From positions 620,130-684,129 of the forward strand of contig NW_003314279.1 of NCBI RefSeq assembly GCF_000143415.4: a DNA stretch of 64,000 bases. Direction: 5' to 3'. The notes under the pieces are model-generated. The model made no database searches, was not told the origin of the DNA, and worked only from the letters and a program-made list of their open reading frames with translations. The translations under genes and the position numbers were made by a program. Positions 47,393 to 60,680 of the stretch are shown here, in pieces. Source of the DNA: Selaginella moellendorffii (taxonomy: Eukaryota > Plantae > Lycopodiophyta). The stretch's first letter is position 1, and each line of letters opens with the position of its first letter.

Positions 47393-48610
47393 ATGAGGGA
47401 GCTTCCCTTCCTCCCACACGAATTATTATTCAAGATAGCTTTTTCCAGTGGCTATCACAGTGCCATTTTCTCCTGTGTGTCTAGAGAGTTTCACAGAAGG
47501 TGTAACGATGAAAGAATTTGGAAAAAACACTGTCAGAATGATTTCGTGGTGTGCTCACGTATTACATTTGAAAGTGCAACATGTCAAACATTCAGAGTAT
47601 ATATATATTTTTTCTACTCTTGTTTTCTCAAATCTAACTGTATTTCCTTATTTTCTTGTCTATAGGAAACTTACAAAAGCTGGTATATGGTATTTAAAAG
47701 ATACAACTTTAACATTGTAAAGCAGACAAGAAGTATTGTCATTCAATTCAAATCATTTATACATCTGAATGTACCTGAGTTTTTCTCATCAATATTAGGG
47801 AGGATGCCAAATCATGTGTTAGATGATGTCGAATTGGTATTGGGAGTGCCTTTACATCAGACACTGAGGTGTTTTCTATTGTCAATGAATGGACAAGGAA
47901 GCCATGATATGGCTGAGGGTCTTGAAATACAGGAGTATAGAGGACTGATTGGATGTTATTGGACGAATAATACATTTGTCTGCTCAAAGTTTTTGCATCT
48001 TGGAGAAATTTGTTCATTAGCATTAAAGTTACGTGAAATGCCTATTGCCTTAGGAAGACACATGATCCCGTTTGGTAGTTCACTCAATAATTCAAAACTC
48101 TATATTATGAATATGCAGACAGGAGATATTTTTATTAGTGCAAAAAACTTTTGGAGTAATAGTGAAATGATCCCTTGTACACCACCAGGAATTAGAGGAT
48201 TTTCATCTTTGATATCATGGCTAAGGAATTTGTTAAAGTGTCTACGTAGAACAGCATTTTGTTTTATCAAGGACCCCATAAAAGCAATTTCCCAGGGTTA
48301 TCTAAGACGGTATGAAAAATATTTTGTAAGTGTTCTTTTAAAGTCAAACATTTTTTTAAAATTTACCTTTTTTTTGTAGCATGGATGTATGCCAGCCCCA
48401 GATCTATCGTCTTTCAATACTGCTGAAGGTTTTACATATTTAGCGTTTGTGTGTTTGGATATCGAATTCATAGGAGAGTTTAATGGTGTCAGGCTACTTG
48501 TTTCTACTTCCAAGAATGATAATGAAGATAATTTGGTATATGAGTTCAACATGCAGCATTGTTTACAAGAGGTTCCACAATGTGTGTTAGTCCTTAAGAT
48601 GGTGTATTGA
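47393..48610 (+). CDS. Helitron-borne F-box protein with SMI1/KNR4-like domain (diverged SKIP16-like); exons 47393-47596, 47666-48325, 48380-48610
   Basis: F-box LPHELLFKI...SCVSREF...DERIWKKHC, then TFR|ETYKSWYMVFKRY...LDDVELVLGVPLHQTLRCFLLSMNGQ...GLIGCY, collinear with plant SKIP16 as recalled; C-terminus diverged. Confidence 0.78.
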
Positions 48611-50488
48611 CATCCTTTTTTCTGTACAGCAATACATATGGGACAATAAGACATATGTTGTAATGACAAAAAAATTCAGTCTGGAGGTGCATACTTGTTT
48701 TCTTTGTTTGGAGAAAAGTGATTCAAAATCAGACTGTTTTGAAGTTTCATTCATTGACTATTTATATTGATCCTGAAGTCCTTCACTTTTCGTTATTTTT
48801 AAAATAGCCTTTTTTAAAAAAGAAAAATTGTATTTTTTTATGTCTTTATATAAAGAAACTACTTAGAAATCTTGAAAAATGTGTATCAAACAGGTCTAAT
48901 CCTTTCTATTACTATATGAAAACCCAGATACTTTTTAAAAGTAGTTTTCTATTTCTTTTTATTTTGTTTTTTAAAAAACCCCCCTAATAGTTTCTATGGC
49001 AAGTGCCTTGATGTGTTCCAAATCAAATGTAGTGTTTTCTTCAGATGAGAGTGAGCAAAGTTGTGATAATAGGATGAGCAGAAGGCTTTACCAAATGAAG
49101 AACACGAATACAGTTATAATGGAGCTTTGCTTGTTATTCTCTTTGAAAAGGATGCGCAAGACAAACATATATCTCATATAGATCACCTACCTCTAAATAC
49201 CAGATGCATGAAATAAAGTCATGAGGTACTTTTGGTAGTGATTGAAAATTCACTGTTGCAAGGTGGGCTTCCAGATAATCACAGTTTAATCAGTGTAGCA
49301 CTTGTCTTTCTTCATAAGATCTAGGTCTTTGAAAAGAATTGTCCCCTCAACAGCATCAGAATGACATTGAAACAGCAATTTTCCAAGACTATAATTAACC
49401 AACTTCATGTCACCTATTGCCAAGTGAACTGCATTTTCACTTTACAGGTTTGAAAAATGGCCAGCTTCTAATGCCATATTCCTGTTAAGTAATAAACTAA
49501 GATGTGTAGCCTATGAATGACTCACTGAATCTCATTAGAATGAAGGAATACCACAAGTCCTTGAGGATTGTCTTCTTGTCCCTCAGCTAGACATTCAGAG
49601 ACGTGAAACTTTGGGACGTAATTATCTCTGGGCATGTATTTCAAAACCACGTTAGCATGATTTTAGGTATTTTGTCCACCAAAATCTGGTGAAAGGTTTG
49701 GAGAAAGGTACTATAGCTTTATCCATTGTTTTACAGCACTTTTTCGAGCTTTGGACTTTCAAACCAAAGTCTGCAGCTTCACACAAGGTTTGTTTCCATG
49801 GGACTCAACTCAAGTCGGAATTTTATATGTAAGCGCTGTAAGAGTAAGTGCATGATCTACTTGGCGGCAGTGGCTACAACGTACGGGCATGAAGGTGAGG
49901 CAATGGATCTGGTCTGGCAGATGAGTCTGGACTGGTTGCATGCAATTATGTAAGCATGCAGATTTTCAGACCTGATAGGCGGCACTTACAGTATGTTTAG
50001 TGGCTATAAGCATATTCAAGCTTTATTTTAAGATATAAAGCTTGTGTATACAGGAGAAAAAGTGGCTATAAATTCCTTGGCTTACTTTGTCAGTGGGTGT
50101 ACACATCTTATCTTTGAATATGCACTAAAAGTATGGAGGCCACAACTACCTTATATCTGCTTCCTTTGCGAAGGCATTACTCTACATGTAGTGAACACAC
50201 ATGTCTGCTTTTTCATTTGCACAAGTAAAAAAGAGTAGCCTACACTTGAGCACAAGAAGCACCAGCTGCATTTCTTATCATGCTCTAGTGGATACAATAT
50301 GTTTACAACGTCTAATACAATCCTATGCTGAATAACAGGGAACTACCATTCCTTGTCGACGCCATTATACAACCATCTGCTACAAGGCCTCCGATATTAT
50401 CTATAGCTATGTCGGTTACATTCATCTCGGAATATGATAATTCTAGATTCTATTTAAAAAGAATTAAACTTATTATCTTATAATTTAT

Positions 50489-52386
50489 TTAATCTGGTAC
50501 AAATCCAATTAAATCATTTCGTTCTCCAAGCAAAAATTTTCCTTTGGGTGCATTTTTCTTCATATATATTTTTGCTTTTGTTGAATCCTTCATCCAGAAA
50601 TCCAGTAGTGAAGCTGATGACTTGTACAGAAGATTGACAAGATAAGAAGGTACGTTCAAGCTGATAGTCATATCTTTTGAATGCATATGGCCTTGCAAAT
50701 TAATGTGCTGTTTGATTGGGCCAGTATAATTGCACGACGCACATATTGCTGTGTTTTTAGAAACTCGTTTTGTAACCGTTGTGTTGCATGAACCACAAAC
50801 CATATGAATTATTAAAGGACACCGATTGTCAATCTCGAACCAACCAGGTATCTGCATCAACAGCCTATTATTCTCCAATTTAAAAGGTTAAAGGGCTTTA
50901 CCCCTTCACAGCTAGTGCCAATTGAACGGTACAATGTCGTTAAATATCGAATCCTTCTGTGTTCAATTACTGGTGTAATTATAGTCATGCCCGTGACATT
51001 TGCACGCTTATACATTCCATCCCCTTGTAGATTTATAAAACACCTAACAGGTGCTTTTCCAGAAAGAAATTCACACATGAGCTCCCTAAACATTTCGATG
51101 GATGTGCTTAAAAACTTAATCTGCAATAATAATAAGGTAAAAAAAACTTAGTGTTTGAGACAATTTATTTCAATACCATCAGTGTATCATCTGAACCACA
51201 GTTATCAGCAACAATTATCTCAGCACTGTTGTGAGACAGGTAATTTGCCTTTATCATAACAGCTTCAATTGACCCTACTGCATCACGTCCTCTATGTAAT
51301 TTGATAAAATTTGCAATAGACAATGTCTGAACAGGAAGCCGTAACACAGGAGGTCCCCAAAAAAATTCCTCGATGACAGTTGAGTGACTAATTTTTAATG
51401 TATATCTCCACGTTCCTCTATCATACTTTGGAACTGCTGGGACAACTTCAAATCCAATTATCTTCAGCCACTTTCCTCTTGCAAATTGTTGAGATCTTTT
51501 TTCCGCTACCTCAGGATACATCCACACTGTGATACTTTCATTACCCGTGAAATCAGTCATATCAATTCGTAGTCGGCTACCTCTGGGAGTAGGTGTATTT
51601 TTTCTAAGACCATAATAGTTAAGAGTATATCCAGCAAACATTAAGTTACCAGCACTCTCATTTATCATATGTATATCTATCGCTTCTTCTATGGCCATAT
51701 GCTTCAACTGTTCTGAATCGACAGACATTACTTCTGTATCATTTTTTTTATAACGGCCAGCATCATCTTCATAAATTCATATCACAATCTTAGAAATCGT
51801 TAGTCAATCACTTCTATGTACATCTCACCTGATTCATCGTTGGAACTATCTGTTTTATCTTCAAAAAAGTGAACATCACTATTTTTCACTTCATTTTCTA
51901 AGGGAAAAAAATTTATGACATGAAAAGAATGCCTCTCAAGTACCTGGTTTTTCGAAAACGTTTGCTTGTTCATCACTAGGTTTAAGTTTTATAGCATCGT
52001 CATCCTCGCATTTCATTTGACAGGTTCTTGTCCACTCATCCATGATGTTTTGCATTTTATCTGACAATATGAATCACTTATTTTGCTTTGACTTTTGATT
52101 GCTGTTTACTTGACAGTTTGTGTTGCATGCTTGTACACATTTCATTGTCTTTGTCCATTTTCCTCTTGCCACTTTTAATGCTTAGTAGCTTAAGACCTGC
52201 ATAGCCAAACATCATGTTTTTATCAAACATTAATACTTGCCTCTTACCATCACATCTCTCAACTGTGGAGTTTTCATTCTCCATCTCTTCAAGAATGTTG
52301 TAAACTTTTTTCTTGGATTCAACCCTAACTTCTCCTATGTCATCTTTCAAACTCTTAATTATTAACAGCAATTGCGGCACAATCAT
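50489..52386 (-). CDS. Helitron-borne diverged multi-OB-fold/C4 zinc-ribbon protein (about 6 exons)
   Basis: Exons join in frame over ~50-nt GT-AG introns (e.g. 51176-51121); OB-like LRIDMTDFTGNESITVWMY..FARGKWLKIIGFEV..YTLKISHSTVIEE; second OB-like LSIANF..GSIEAV..EIIVAD; C-terminal CGSC-x13-CASC; basic patch and acidic linker at N-terminus. Confidence 0.72.
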
Positions 52387-54321
52387 AGTTGCTTTAACAG
52401 TGTCAATTCACGTGAAATAGATGAGAGAAAATAAAGATATAGTTTGAATTCTTAGTCAAACTCAAAATAGCTCATACAAAGAATAGAACTCATATGGTTA
52501 TGCTTCACACACTTGAGGATATCCAACACGACTTTTTAAAATCATCTCTTCAAGTCCTCATGAACTTTACAATCTGAATGACATTTTCTTGACGAATCTA
52601 TCTACATGTCGTTTTAGTTTAATTCTCTTGAGAAAGTCTGTCGCACATGAGTGCCACACAGCCTGGGAATCTAGAAGCAGAGCCTAGCAGCAAATAGAAA
52701 TCTAGAAGCAGCGAAAAACACCATTTTTTATTTAAAGTTATTACTTTCTGATCATCACCAAAGGAAATAAGTGAAAAGTTAATCGTATTTTGCAGCATAC
52801 CAAGCACAATGGCCACAACAACTGTGGTCCAGCACATGGTACTGTTTGCCAGACTTTCCCAGAGGCTCATAATATCGAACCAAAGTTGTTGTTGTCTCAA
52901 ACGTTAAGGCAGTGCCACATCATGTACAGGAAACATAGGAACAACAGGAATCATCATGACAATATGCTCTAGACCCAGCACCATGTGAAGATATTTCCAT
53001 TGGAACGGTTCCATAAAACTTCATGATTGAGGCCTTGAGAATGTGTATATTGAGTTCACCAAGAATGTTGCTGTTATACAGAATGTTACTATCCCAATTC
53101 CATGTTCAAGCAGGGAAAATGTGCAAAACCCTATCTTCTAGACTGGTATCAGAGCTCTAAGCAGTATATGAGGAGTTATTTTGGTTTTTTTTCAAAGCGA
53201 ATGGATTTTCTTTAGTGAGCGTACGGTTTCAATGGACCCATGCTCATTACCTTTCTTCACTCGCGCAAAGAGGAAATAGCACAGTTTTTGGTCGATATTT
53301 ATACTGTTTACAGTGAGCGTAGTGGCCATGGCCATATCTGGCCAAGCTTTTTTTCAATTTTTTTAAAACACATGTTGAAGTAGTGACAGATTCAATTGTG
53401 TTTGTGTTGTAAAATTACATGGAGTCACAGGGAAAGTCTCCTCTTCTCTGGTAATCATGCTAAAGCACTAAGAAACAAGTAAGCGATGCCAATTTTACAC
53501 CATATCACTCAAGTACACTTCTGCAAAGTTTTACTTAAATTCCATGCTTGTGCAGACTTGAATTCATGTAAACATGAGTGCACACTCGCAGATGCTCTCT
53601 GTCCCTGAAGAGAATTTTCCTTCTCATCACAGAGCTTAGAACAAAAACCTCAATGACTAAGTAGTACCAGTGCCAGAAGTCTATTCGTTCGGTGACTATC
53701 AAAATCGGGATTCTAATAACAGCAGCAAATTCTAGTCCTACATCCTTCTCAAAAATGAGCACATACATTGGTTTTTTTGATGGTGGTTTTGATCCCTTGC
53801 TTTTTTGAGAAGTATGTTTTCTCATAACAGTTTCTTCACAGTCCAAGTTCAAAGCGACAACCAGAACAGTGCAACCGCTTTTGTTGCTAGAACTCCCGAT
53901 CCACATGTTATAGTTCATTGCCACGACCATGGCCAGACCACAGTCTGGCCATGGCCTGCAAGTATCCAGGCAGGCATGACAATAATAGTTTCTCAGGAAA
54001 CTTTCATAAATGGTGCTTGTGAAGTAATACATTTCACCTTTTTTCCATAAGACCATTTCATCATTTAACGAGTTTCAATTTTTTTTTGTCATTTACAAAA
54101 TGAAGAGCATAAAAGTACTTGTCAATTTCAAAGACCAACCAGTAAAACAAAAAACAAAAAAAACATGCAATTAAAATAATATATTAAAAATAAATAAGTA
54201 TAATCATATAATTTATAGGAAAACATATATTTAAAGATTACCTATGTATTTAATCACTAAGGGTTTATAGAAATATAATAAATTCAATAACATTATACTT
54301 AAATAATAAATGAAATGCTCA

Positions 54322-57300
54322 TTATAATATCTCCTTATAAACAATGTTCCTTGTGAATACTGACTTGTTTTTTTTGTCAAGATGACCTTGGCCTTCACAT
54401 TCCTCAACACAAGTTATTATCTTTGTTTTAGATGTACACCTAGATAATGCTACATATAGCTGTCCATGCCCAAAAACAGGACGAGGTAAGTATATTCCAA
54501 CATTGTTTAGAGTTTGTCCTTGAGATTTACATATTGTTACAGAAAATGCCAAACGTAATGGAAATTGGCGTCGTTTTAAAATGAAAGGCATATCACCTTC
54601 TGTAGGTTTAAGCAATATTCTAGGTAATAACACCTTCTTTCCTTCGACAGAACCATGTAAAATCTTTGCTTCTAAAACATTTTGTAAGGCCGCTGTTATA
54701 ATTAATTTCATACCATTGCATAGACCATTCTTTATATCAAGATTTCTTAATAACATTACAAAACAACCACTTTTAGATTCAAAATATGAGGAGGCATTCC
54801 AGATGGAGTAATGGAATTCAAAAACTCAACTGGAAAGTCTAAAGTCTCCATGATTGAATCACTTTCAATTGTGTCTATGCTTTTAAAAGACAATAACTTT
54901 CCACTTAATCGTTCCAATACATGCTCATTTAAGTCAAGAGAATGATCATTTAATGGCGTTAAGATTGATTTCTGTGAATTAACTGTACTTGGAGTAATTG
55001 TTTTACCAAAAATACGGTCTATCATTGTTTTTTTATTGGTACATTCTGTTGGTAGTTTTATTGTCTGTTCTTTATACCCTTGAAGAGATTCTAACTCTCC
55101 GTTGCCAAGTTTTATCAACCATTCTGACCATTCCTGCTCTTCAGGATTAATTCTCATATTCTTTTTTAGAGTAAAATTAACTACTGATGGCCATATTGGA
55201 CTGCATTTAACACTATTTTGTACTATCATAGATCTCTTTGCCCTCTTAAGGACAGGTAATGTCTGACGAAAGTCACCACCAAGTAAAACTGTCATTCCTC
55301 CAAAATCTTTGTCTACTTTTTTTATATCCCGTATGACTCTTTCTACAGCCCTGAAAGCATGAACAGGTACCATACTTATTTCATCCCAGATAAGAATATC
55401 AGTTTTACGAATATTTTCTGCGGCTGTACAATTTTCTCTTAGGTCAGAAGTACATGTCTCAGTGATTGGTACTGGTAACTTAAATGTAGAATGAACAGTT
55501 CGACCACCAATTAGCAACGTGCTTGCAATACCTGTCCATGTAACAGCTATTACATTTTTCATTATAGAGTTTGCATGTAGGATAATAGTATTGAATAAAA
55601 AAGACTTTCCTGTGCCTCCGACACCATCAATAAAATAAAGCTTTGGAATGCTTATGTCATTTAGTGTTTTAATATAGATGTCAAACATTTTACGTTGATC
55701 AGTATTTAAAAGTTTAATACTTGTCTCTAAGTCTGAGCTATGTTGTAAACTATCACACTCACTAATTGCTAGATCAAATGAATCAAATGGTATAACAGGC
55801 ATATGTAAATCAAAATCGTGTAATTTTTTTCCATGTTGTTCAAACATTTGCGATAGCTCCTTTAATGCTACAGTAAATGATAGTTTATCATCATTATATT
55901 TTCTAAATAAATCTTCACACATCTCACTCTTATATTTTTCCCAAAGATATTTGGGATCATTAATTTCACAAAAGATACACATTATTCCAAAAAGATAACG
56001 TACCTTTGCAGGCATATGAAATGTCAATGATTCCATTATACACCTTTCCCATTCCAGATCAGTTTCCAACAATCCCATTGCATGTGCAACGGCTCTATAA
56101 GATTCAAATTGTGTTCCATTCCATTGTCTTAAATCTTCAAAACTTTGAGCGCCTTTGATATGAAGCAGTAATAAACGCATATAAAAGCGCTCTCCATCTT
56201 TTGGTGGCACAGTGTACATTCTGCCTATAACTTTTGAAGCACGCTGACGACGCTTCCATGTCTTATTACCTGTGTTCCATGTGTACCATTCTGGTATCTC
56301 AGGATATAATAAAGTTCTAGAAAGCATATCTCTTTTATTTAGCTCAAACCATTCAGTTAACTTTGTTCTGCGACCCCTTTCTAAAGCAATCTCTTCCTCA
56401 CCTTCATTAAAATATACACTTTGTAAATTTGGTAGATGAACATCTAATCGTTCAATTTTATGAGATCTCCCATGCAAATCATAACCAAAAATTCTCCACA
56501 TACCCTCTGAAGCAGAAACATATCTGCAATTTCTAAAAGCTTTAATTTCATCCCAATCAAGTATACCTTCATTTGAATGTGTTTCATCATTTTCAATATG
56601 TATTTCTGCACAGTCATGTCCTTTATATATATATTTGAAAATATATTTAACACTTTTCACAGTAGAGCATACTTCCACATTTATATGAGCTTTATACTTT
56701 CGTAAAAGATACTTATTATATGGAACAACAAATTGGTTGTCTATTGCTTTGTTTTTAATGATTATCTTATAACTTTCAAAACGCCTCCTATATTCTGGAA
56801 ATTGGCCTCCAGTGTTCTTTGTTTCATCACAATATTCTCTAGGAAACCGAGATTTACATTCTCCTTTCTTATAACAAGGGCTATCTGGAAAACCTGGACC
56901 ACAAGGACCATGAATCATATGTTTTTTCACTAAATCATATAGTTCAGGATCTTGGCTAGGATCGGGTATTTCTGCTGACACTATATCATCTATATCATCT
57001 ACAGTCCTTATTTTATTTTCACTCTTCAAAATTACAAGAATGTGACAATGTGGTAAACCCCTTTTTTGAAATTCAATAACATATACATATGCATTGACTT
57101 CACCAAAGATTTTTTTCTTATAAATGTCATCTATCAATTGTTGTTGTTTTGCATGGAATACTCGTGCAACTAAATCAGGTCTATCAGATGCTACTTGACC
57201 AGGTAATAAATTTTCAGTTATTTCTCTCCATTTTGGATTGCATGTAAAAGTAATAAATAAATCTGGTTTTCCAAATTTCCTAACCATACTCATTGCATCT

Positions 57301-58634
57301 TGATAATTCTGATTCATTTGCCTTGGACCTCCAGTGAAACTTGATGGTAAGATAATAAGTTTTCCAGCTCGAACACCTGCCTGTTCAGCTTTGTTAACTA
57401 CAAAATCAGATAAACCACTATAAGCCTCAGCTCTAAGTTCTCTTTGATTAAATTGAACCCATTGTAGGCGAGACCCTTCAATCTTTGTATACATGTCAAC
57501 CATGTATTGTTGTGAAAGCTTACCTCCCAATAAAATAGGATTGAAATATATCTCTTTCACACCATTTCTAAAATGACCTCGAACAGCAAATTTATATCGA
57601 TAGAATTCCATCATAGTCACTTTTGTTTGTCTCAGAGCACTCCCTCTTTCTGTATATTCCATATCTGGTGACCAACCTTCTTCACCATTTGGAAAAAGCA
57701 AAGGGTAAACCATAGGATCACAACATGAAGAAATAATTGATATCTCTTGCATATGTCCATGATTAGGATATATAGCAATGCTACGATTAAATGGTGGATT
57801 TCCAGTGGGATTTGTGAATACAGCAGCTACTTCATTAGACATGGGAGCATTATATCTCCTTGGGTCAACAGTATTTTCACCTTTTATATACATCACAACA
57901 TTACAAACTTGAGAATTTTCTATAGAAGTAGCATGCTGTAACTGTTCCTCAACGTCTTTTAACATCCTAAAAGCTTTAGCGTATGGATTAATTTCACGAA
58001 TTAGCACATCTAATTCTTTCATCAGTTCAACATTGCATCCATGATTACACTGATTTCTCATTCTAATATCTGTAGCATAAAGTGTGTCTAATATATATAA
58101 CTGAGAATATCTGGCTTCTTCCCCATCCTTTGGTCGAAAGCTACCAATTGAGTGGTATACCTGACCGTGTATCTTAAAATAATAAGGTCCACCACCAGTC
58201 ATTTCCTCTACATTAGCACCCATAGATGCAAAAGCAAGAGCACTATTGTAATTTCTAATACACTCTCTGAAGTTCCCATGATGTTTTCTGCCTTCAAGCA
58301 ATTCTTTTATCAATACAGGAAACTCCAGATTGTTTGTCAAAGAAACACGACCACTATGACAACATTGAGACTTTGTTTCATTTTCAAAGAGAAAAGCATT
58401 ACAGAATGCACACATTCTATCCATACCTCCTAGATAATGTGTCTCACATTGACCATCATGATTATTTTGCTTTAAACCAGGATACCTCAAACAGGTTTGT
58501 TCATGCATTGTTTCTTCATGTGCATCCGTTACAATTGTATTAGTTTGTAGACATGGTGTGCTAACATTTGATTCACTGGTCTGGTCATCACTTAAGAACA
58601 AATCAGTTGTTAATCTTTTTCTTTTTCGAACCAT
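54322..58634 (-). CDS. Helitron RepHel transposase (HUH endonuclease + PIF1-family helicase) with one frameshift near 54770
   Basis: PDLFITFTCNPKW, YVIEFQKRGLPHCHIL (HUH), KYIFKYIYKG (Y2), DGVGGTGKS, IWDEISM, GGDFRQTLPV, then MLLRNL..RRQFPLRLAF..KSQGQT..HGQLYVALSR in the next frame. Confidence 0.97.
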
Positions 58635-59224
58635 TTTCAAAGAAATTTGTCAAAATTTACAAAGACAGGCGTTGTAGTCTATGCAAAAAACAGTTTTTCT
58701 AGGCAAGCGATTAGGCAAGCGATTAGGCAGGCTAATAGACAATAGTTGACAATAAGTTGCACAATTCATTCATTGCTGCCATGAATACAGAAAGTAATGC
58801 TCCAAACCTAAAACAATTTACCAATTCTATCCAAGCTCTATCATCTTTCAGATGTTACCTGGATGTTGTATAGCATAGTATCTCTTTCTCAAAACACTTG
58901 GTTCTCCACAGCAGAAAACTAAAACAATTGACAAAATGTCAAACACTAAAGCACCAACATCGTTTCTGTCCAAATTAAATTCACCGTATTCCTTCTACAA
59001 AAAATAACTGAAACAATAGGGCTTTACATCGTGTTAATTCCTAGGACACACGTTTTTTTCAGTTTTTTTTCACATCAATTCATACACTTCCTGTCACACT
59101 CAGAATAGATCTTGGATCCTTACAAGTTTTTTAGTGGTGAAGAAGGAAATAAATAAGATGACCCCTAAGTGATCCAGAGAATTTACTAAACGATGTGTTC
59201 TGTAAGATCTTGAGATTCGAGAGA

Positions 59225-59420
59225 GTTACGCAAGAATCCAAGGCTGAGATGAGTGTCAGCTTGTCCGATTTCACTCCCTTGAGTTGCATCTGAATGAAAA
59301 CTCTGGCAGCCGAGCGATCGTCGTCACAGCAAGAGAAAGAGGACATCAGCCCATTCCAAAGAAGAGCACTGTAGCCACCGGAAGAGAAAGAGACTTGATC
59401 AAAAACCGTCAAATGGAAAG
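59225..59420 (-). pseudogene. Captured PPR gene fragment in the Helitron 5' region
   Basis: VFDQ....LLWNGLMSSFS....AARVFIQMQLKGVKSDKLTLISALDSC resembles P-L PPR motifs. Confidence 0.65.
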
Positions 59421-59996
59421 CTTTTGATTGCCTTGTAATACATTTCTGTATCTCGGCGTCCACCCTGTTTAATTTCTGGTAAAGACGCCCATGCATGATG
59501 TTTTGAGACCAAATCAAAAGCCTCAAGTTTCGAATTATTTCCTTGCAGAAGTTCTGCTTTATCATGTCTGTAATTTAAGGCATAAATATTTCACAAACAC
59601 TGTACCTTAAAATTACCTGCTATATTTCTCTTCTGTTTCAACATCCAGTATATAAGGATGCCAAATGCAAAAATTGTCTTCACAATCTGAAACAAATGGC
59701 TGTTTTTTTTTCTAAATACTAACATATTCAATAGAATAACAAGTTTTTGATAAAGAGTCCTTAGTTTCTGATTGAGTGAACAACCGCATTGCTTTTCAGC
59801 GACAGTGGATATGGGATATATCGAGATCCTGCATGCTAAGGTACTCTTGAGTGTTGGTGTGCCTGATGGCCCTGGAGAGCGTAACGTGCTCCATGGGCTT
59901 TTTGGTCTGCAAAGGCCAGAAGAAATGAGAAGTTCTTTCTTACCCGTTCGTCATGGACTTACTCTTTCTGCAGCTTGTCTTTGTCAGCCTCCTCTA

Positions 59997-60680
59997 TCTT
60001 TGGTGCGCTCTGCAGAACCACAAAAATTGAAACAAAGTGATGAAACAGGTCAAATACCTTCTCCACGAACTACTACCTCACACTCTCCAGATATGGCAGC
60101 AGAGTTCCCGTAATGAGGATCAGAGAACAAACAAAAATCACATATGATGTCCTAGATCTGAACTGCAGAAGTTCTTGGGTCTTTGAATGTGTGGTTTGGA
60201 AAATTCTACTGCCCATCCGGTGCGCTGTCATCCGGTGCGCTGCTTCTTCCGAAATAAAAACCCAGCATCCAAATGCTCCAGATACGAACAGACATAAAAC
60301 GTTTAACCATTGATTTCACGAATCCAAGGGTAAGAGAATCTTTGGTGCGCTCTGCAGAACCACAAAAAATGAAACAAAGTGATAAAACAGGTCAAATACC
60401 TTTTCCACGAACTACTACCTCACACTCTCCAGATATGGCAGCAGAGTTCCCGTAATGAGGATCAGAGAACAAACAAAAATCACATATGATGTCCTAGATC
60501 TGAACTGCAGAAGTTCTTGGGGCTTTGAATGTGTGGTTTGGAAAATTCTTCTGCCCATCCGGTGCGCTGTCATCCGGTGTGCTGCTTCTTCCGAAATAAA
60601 AACCCAGCATCCAAATGCTCCAGATGCGAACAGACATAAAACGTTTAACCATTGATTTCACGAATCCAAGGGTAAGAGAA
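59997..60680. repeat. Tandem duplication, 2 x 342 bp, near the Helitron 5' end
   Basis: Near-identical blocks offset by 342 bp (ORFs at 60113 and 60455). Confidence 0.95.

Noticed and set aside
44700-53100. Faint LRR-like snippets (~44760-44840, ~52990-53070) in Helitron spacers
   Set aside because: Too degraded to support as captured gene fragments without a search.
53144-53155. TGGTATCAGAGC, iMet PBS-like word inside the Helitron
   Set aside because: No adjacent LTR end or retroelement coding sequence seen.
53535-54056. 173-aa ORF downstream of RepHel
   Set aside because: No recognisable motif or splice support.
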